Assembly (NCBI GenBank): GCA_012295275.1
Contig: CM022671.1
Location: forward strand, 4,526,001 to 4,590,000
Reading direction: 5' to 3'
Origin: Chrysomallon squamiferum
Taxonomy: Eukaryota > Animalia > Mollusca
Length of the DNA stretch: 64,000 bases
Position 1 is the stretch's first letter; every line of letters begins with the position of its first letter. The notes beneath the pieces were generated by a model. That model was given only the letters and a program-made list of their open reading frames with translations, was not told the origin of the DNA and made no database searches. Positions 61,073 to 64,000 of the stretch are shown here, piece after piece. The translations under genes and the position numbers were made by a program.

Positions 61073-61231
61073 TATTTTGTTGTGTTTTAAACATAAATAT
61101 GCATTCACACATACACAAAAAATAGCTGTAATTTGACCACTTTATGGTAGCATTTTATGCTATCTTATAAAACTGTGTTTTACTTGCATTAAACACTTTA
61201 AGTTTTCATACATTATTGATATTGATATTAA

Positions 61232-61290
<59 letters not shown>

Positions 61291-61633
61291 GAGAGAAAAA
61301 AGTGGAATAAATATTTTGATCTATAATGGCCATCCCATTTGTTTCTGTAATTCTTTTGTTTTTCTTGTTTCTTATTATTTTCTTTATTTACTAGAATAAA
61401 ACGAATATATTTATGTTCTTTTCTTATTTTTTTACATTGCTTCCTTGTTTTTCTTGGCATTTTAGACCTGTTTTGTGGTACCTTTTAATTAATTTATTAG
61501 ATCACTGCTTTTTTATATTTCAGTTAATTTTTACTGGAATTAATTTGCTATTGTAAAGTGCTTGACAGATGTTTCATAGTAATTGTAAGTATTTTATTAC
61601 AGAAATAATAATAACAAGGTTGATAATCACATG

Positions 61634-61671
<38 letters not shown>

Positions 61672-62488
61672 TGAGAGTGAGAGAGAGAGAGAGAGTGTGT
61701 GTGTGTGTGTGTGAGTGAATGAATGTATGTATGTTTTTTTTTTTTTTTTTTAAATATAATTTCGACACTGCTAGAAATTTGAATATGAAAATCAAAATGG
61801 GAAACAAATTTTAAAATTTGCCTGGTTTTTATTTATTATTTATAATAATAACAGTAATATCAACATTATTATTATTATTATTAACAGAAAATGTAGACTT
61901 AATAATTAGTAACTGCTATAAATCATTAAAATAGGAATAAAACATGTTTGATAAATCATTTTATATAGCTTATACAATGTAAAATAAGTGTCTGTTATTA
62001 TGGTGGAAATTAAAAACTATTTACGAACTGTAAATGGAGGAATTAATAACTATGAACTGTAATGGAGAAATTTGAACAACTTAAAAAATAAATGTGTGTT
62101 TAAACAGATATATTTGTATTTGACAACCTTTATATATATACATATATTTCACAACCTTTGAATAATAACAATAAAATGTAAAGGCTATGTTGTTTTTTTA
62201 CATAAAAAAATACAAGTATCAAAGATATAAATTATCAACATAAATAAAAACAGAAAAAGAAAAGTTTAAATTAAACAAAAAGAGATATAAAAAAAAAACT
62301 GCAGTATAATTATTAGGAATGGATAAATAACAAAAGTTAATAATAATAATAACAATAATGATAATAATAATAATCAAAATATAACAAAAACAACATTTAA
62401 CAATAACTAATAATATAACAATAATACAGTGTAATAATAACAATGACAATAATAATTTAAGAACAAAAATAAGGAATCTTAAATATTC

Positions 62489-62529
<41 letters not shown>

Positions 62530-64000
62530 ATATTTCTAAATTTGCATAGATTTACAAATTACACCTTTCCCTTAAAACTATAAATTTATAAAAATGTAAA
62601 ATTTACATAACCCAAATGTGCATTAAAAAAAATAATAACAATAAACAAAAAATAAAATAAAATGTATTAATAATTTGCATAAATGTATTATAAGCAGTAA
62701 CTTTTAAATGAATTTTCATACCTTAAATATTGTTAAAAACAAATAGTAAGAAAGTAAATTTATGAAATTATAAAATTTGAAACAAACTGAATTATACTCT
62801 AAACCAGTTTTTCTTAAACTGGTGAATGGGTGACTAATGGTGAATGAAGTAAGAGGGTGAATTAACAAGTGACTGATATTTTATGACAAAATTTCAAAGC
62901 CAAATGACCAAAAAATAATTTAAAAAGCACAGCACTTGAATTACATAAATTTACAATTAAAATGATAAAAATATTTCTATAAATTTATTGCAAGCCATAT
63001 ATTTTAGAAACTATGGATACAACAACATCTGTATAAAATAAAAATATCAGCTGAATATATAAAAATAGACTTTGAGACAAACTGCTACACCTTGAATTGT
63101 GTTACAGTTACAAGATGACTATCCTGAAAATGGCACAAGTCTGCCGGAACAAGAATATTTTCATCTACAGTTTATTAATCATGAAAATTAATGTTTGAAT
63201 TTGCAGACACAAATACCTTCTGTATCTAATCAACATTGAAAAAGTTAAAAAAAAAAAAAAAAAAAAATGTTGTGCAGTTTAAGTTAAAGCATGATACACA
63301 AAAGAGTCAAAATTTTTAAATTGAACAGTAAAAAATATTGTACTGGTATTGTACAACAGAAAACAAAATATTTCTGATTATACATTATCATTCTCTCTCT
63401 GTAGATATAAACATACTGATAAATATATAAAAGTATTTATGCACATACGTGCGCACACACACATATATATAAATATATATATTTAATAAATTTTGATTAA
63501 TGACAGTATCAAAAAATGGAATAAAACATCTTCATTTTACTTTCAATAGTGGAAAGTAACATTTTAAAAATTCATGTATCACAACACAATTATTTCACAA
63601 CAACTATTTCACAACCGACTGGTATAATATGAAGAGTTGGAAAAAGTTTTTCTTTCTCTCACACACCCACACACCTTCTCTCTCTCTGTTTATTGTTTTA
63701 TTGTTTGTCTGTCTGTCTAGATCTGTCTCTCTCACATTTACACACAGACCCCAAAACACATCACACAACACTCTGTCCTCTTTCTCACATATAAATATAA
63801 AATTCAGGTTAAAAATCATTATCAAAAATGTGATTTCTTTGACTGCTATCATCACTCTTTGCTGTTAATAAAGTACCATAACAAGATGTATTGAAACAAG
63901 AAACTGCAGTGAGTTCCCAATGTTACTCATGAACTCATAATGTTACATCTTACAGAAAAATATAAACTCTCCAAAATCACTCATAAACAAAAACTCCAAA

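Overview
AT-rich, microsatellite-saturated animal (probably invertebrate, plausibly molluscan) genomic DNA. Almost all ORFs in the track are simple-repeat artefacts. Three real coding units are visible. (1) The last exon and long 3'UTR of a DUSP6/7 (MKP3)-type MAP-kinase phosphatase (1209-1540, +). (2) A full-length ~2.4 kb Tigger/pogo DNA transposon (43815-46212) with TIRs, TA flanks and one frameshift, inserted in an AT-rich minisatellite. (3) A complete 11-coding-exon gene (52050-60678, +, ~681 aa by my splicing) for a two-transmembrane NIT-domain guanylyl cyclase (NIT-GC). The most interesting signal is in this cyclase. It keeps both metal-binding Asp and the GTP-specifying Glu/Cys, but has lost the catalytic Asn/Arg and the KGKG motif, the same half-site pattern as soluble-GC alpha subunits. 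It also has an RFX X-box promoter and an N-terminal RVxP-like motif. Together these suggest an obligate-heterodimer, ciliary nitrate/nitrite/NO-sensing cyclase subunit (inference). The ~46 kb between the genes has no host coding exons that I can see. It holds motif-dense islands (CRE, E-box, X-box, DR1, CTCF, Rel-like), a ~600 bp inverted repeat pair 30 kb apart and several local duplications. All calls are by eye; no database searches were run.
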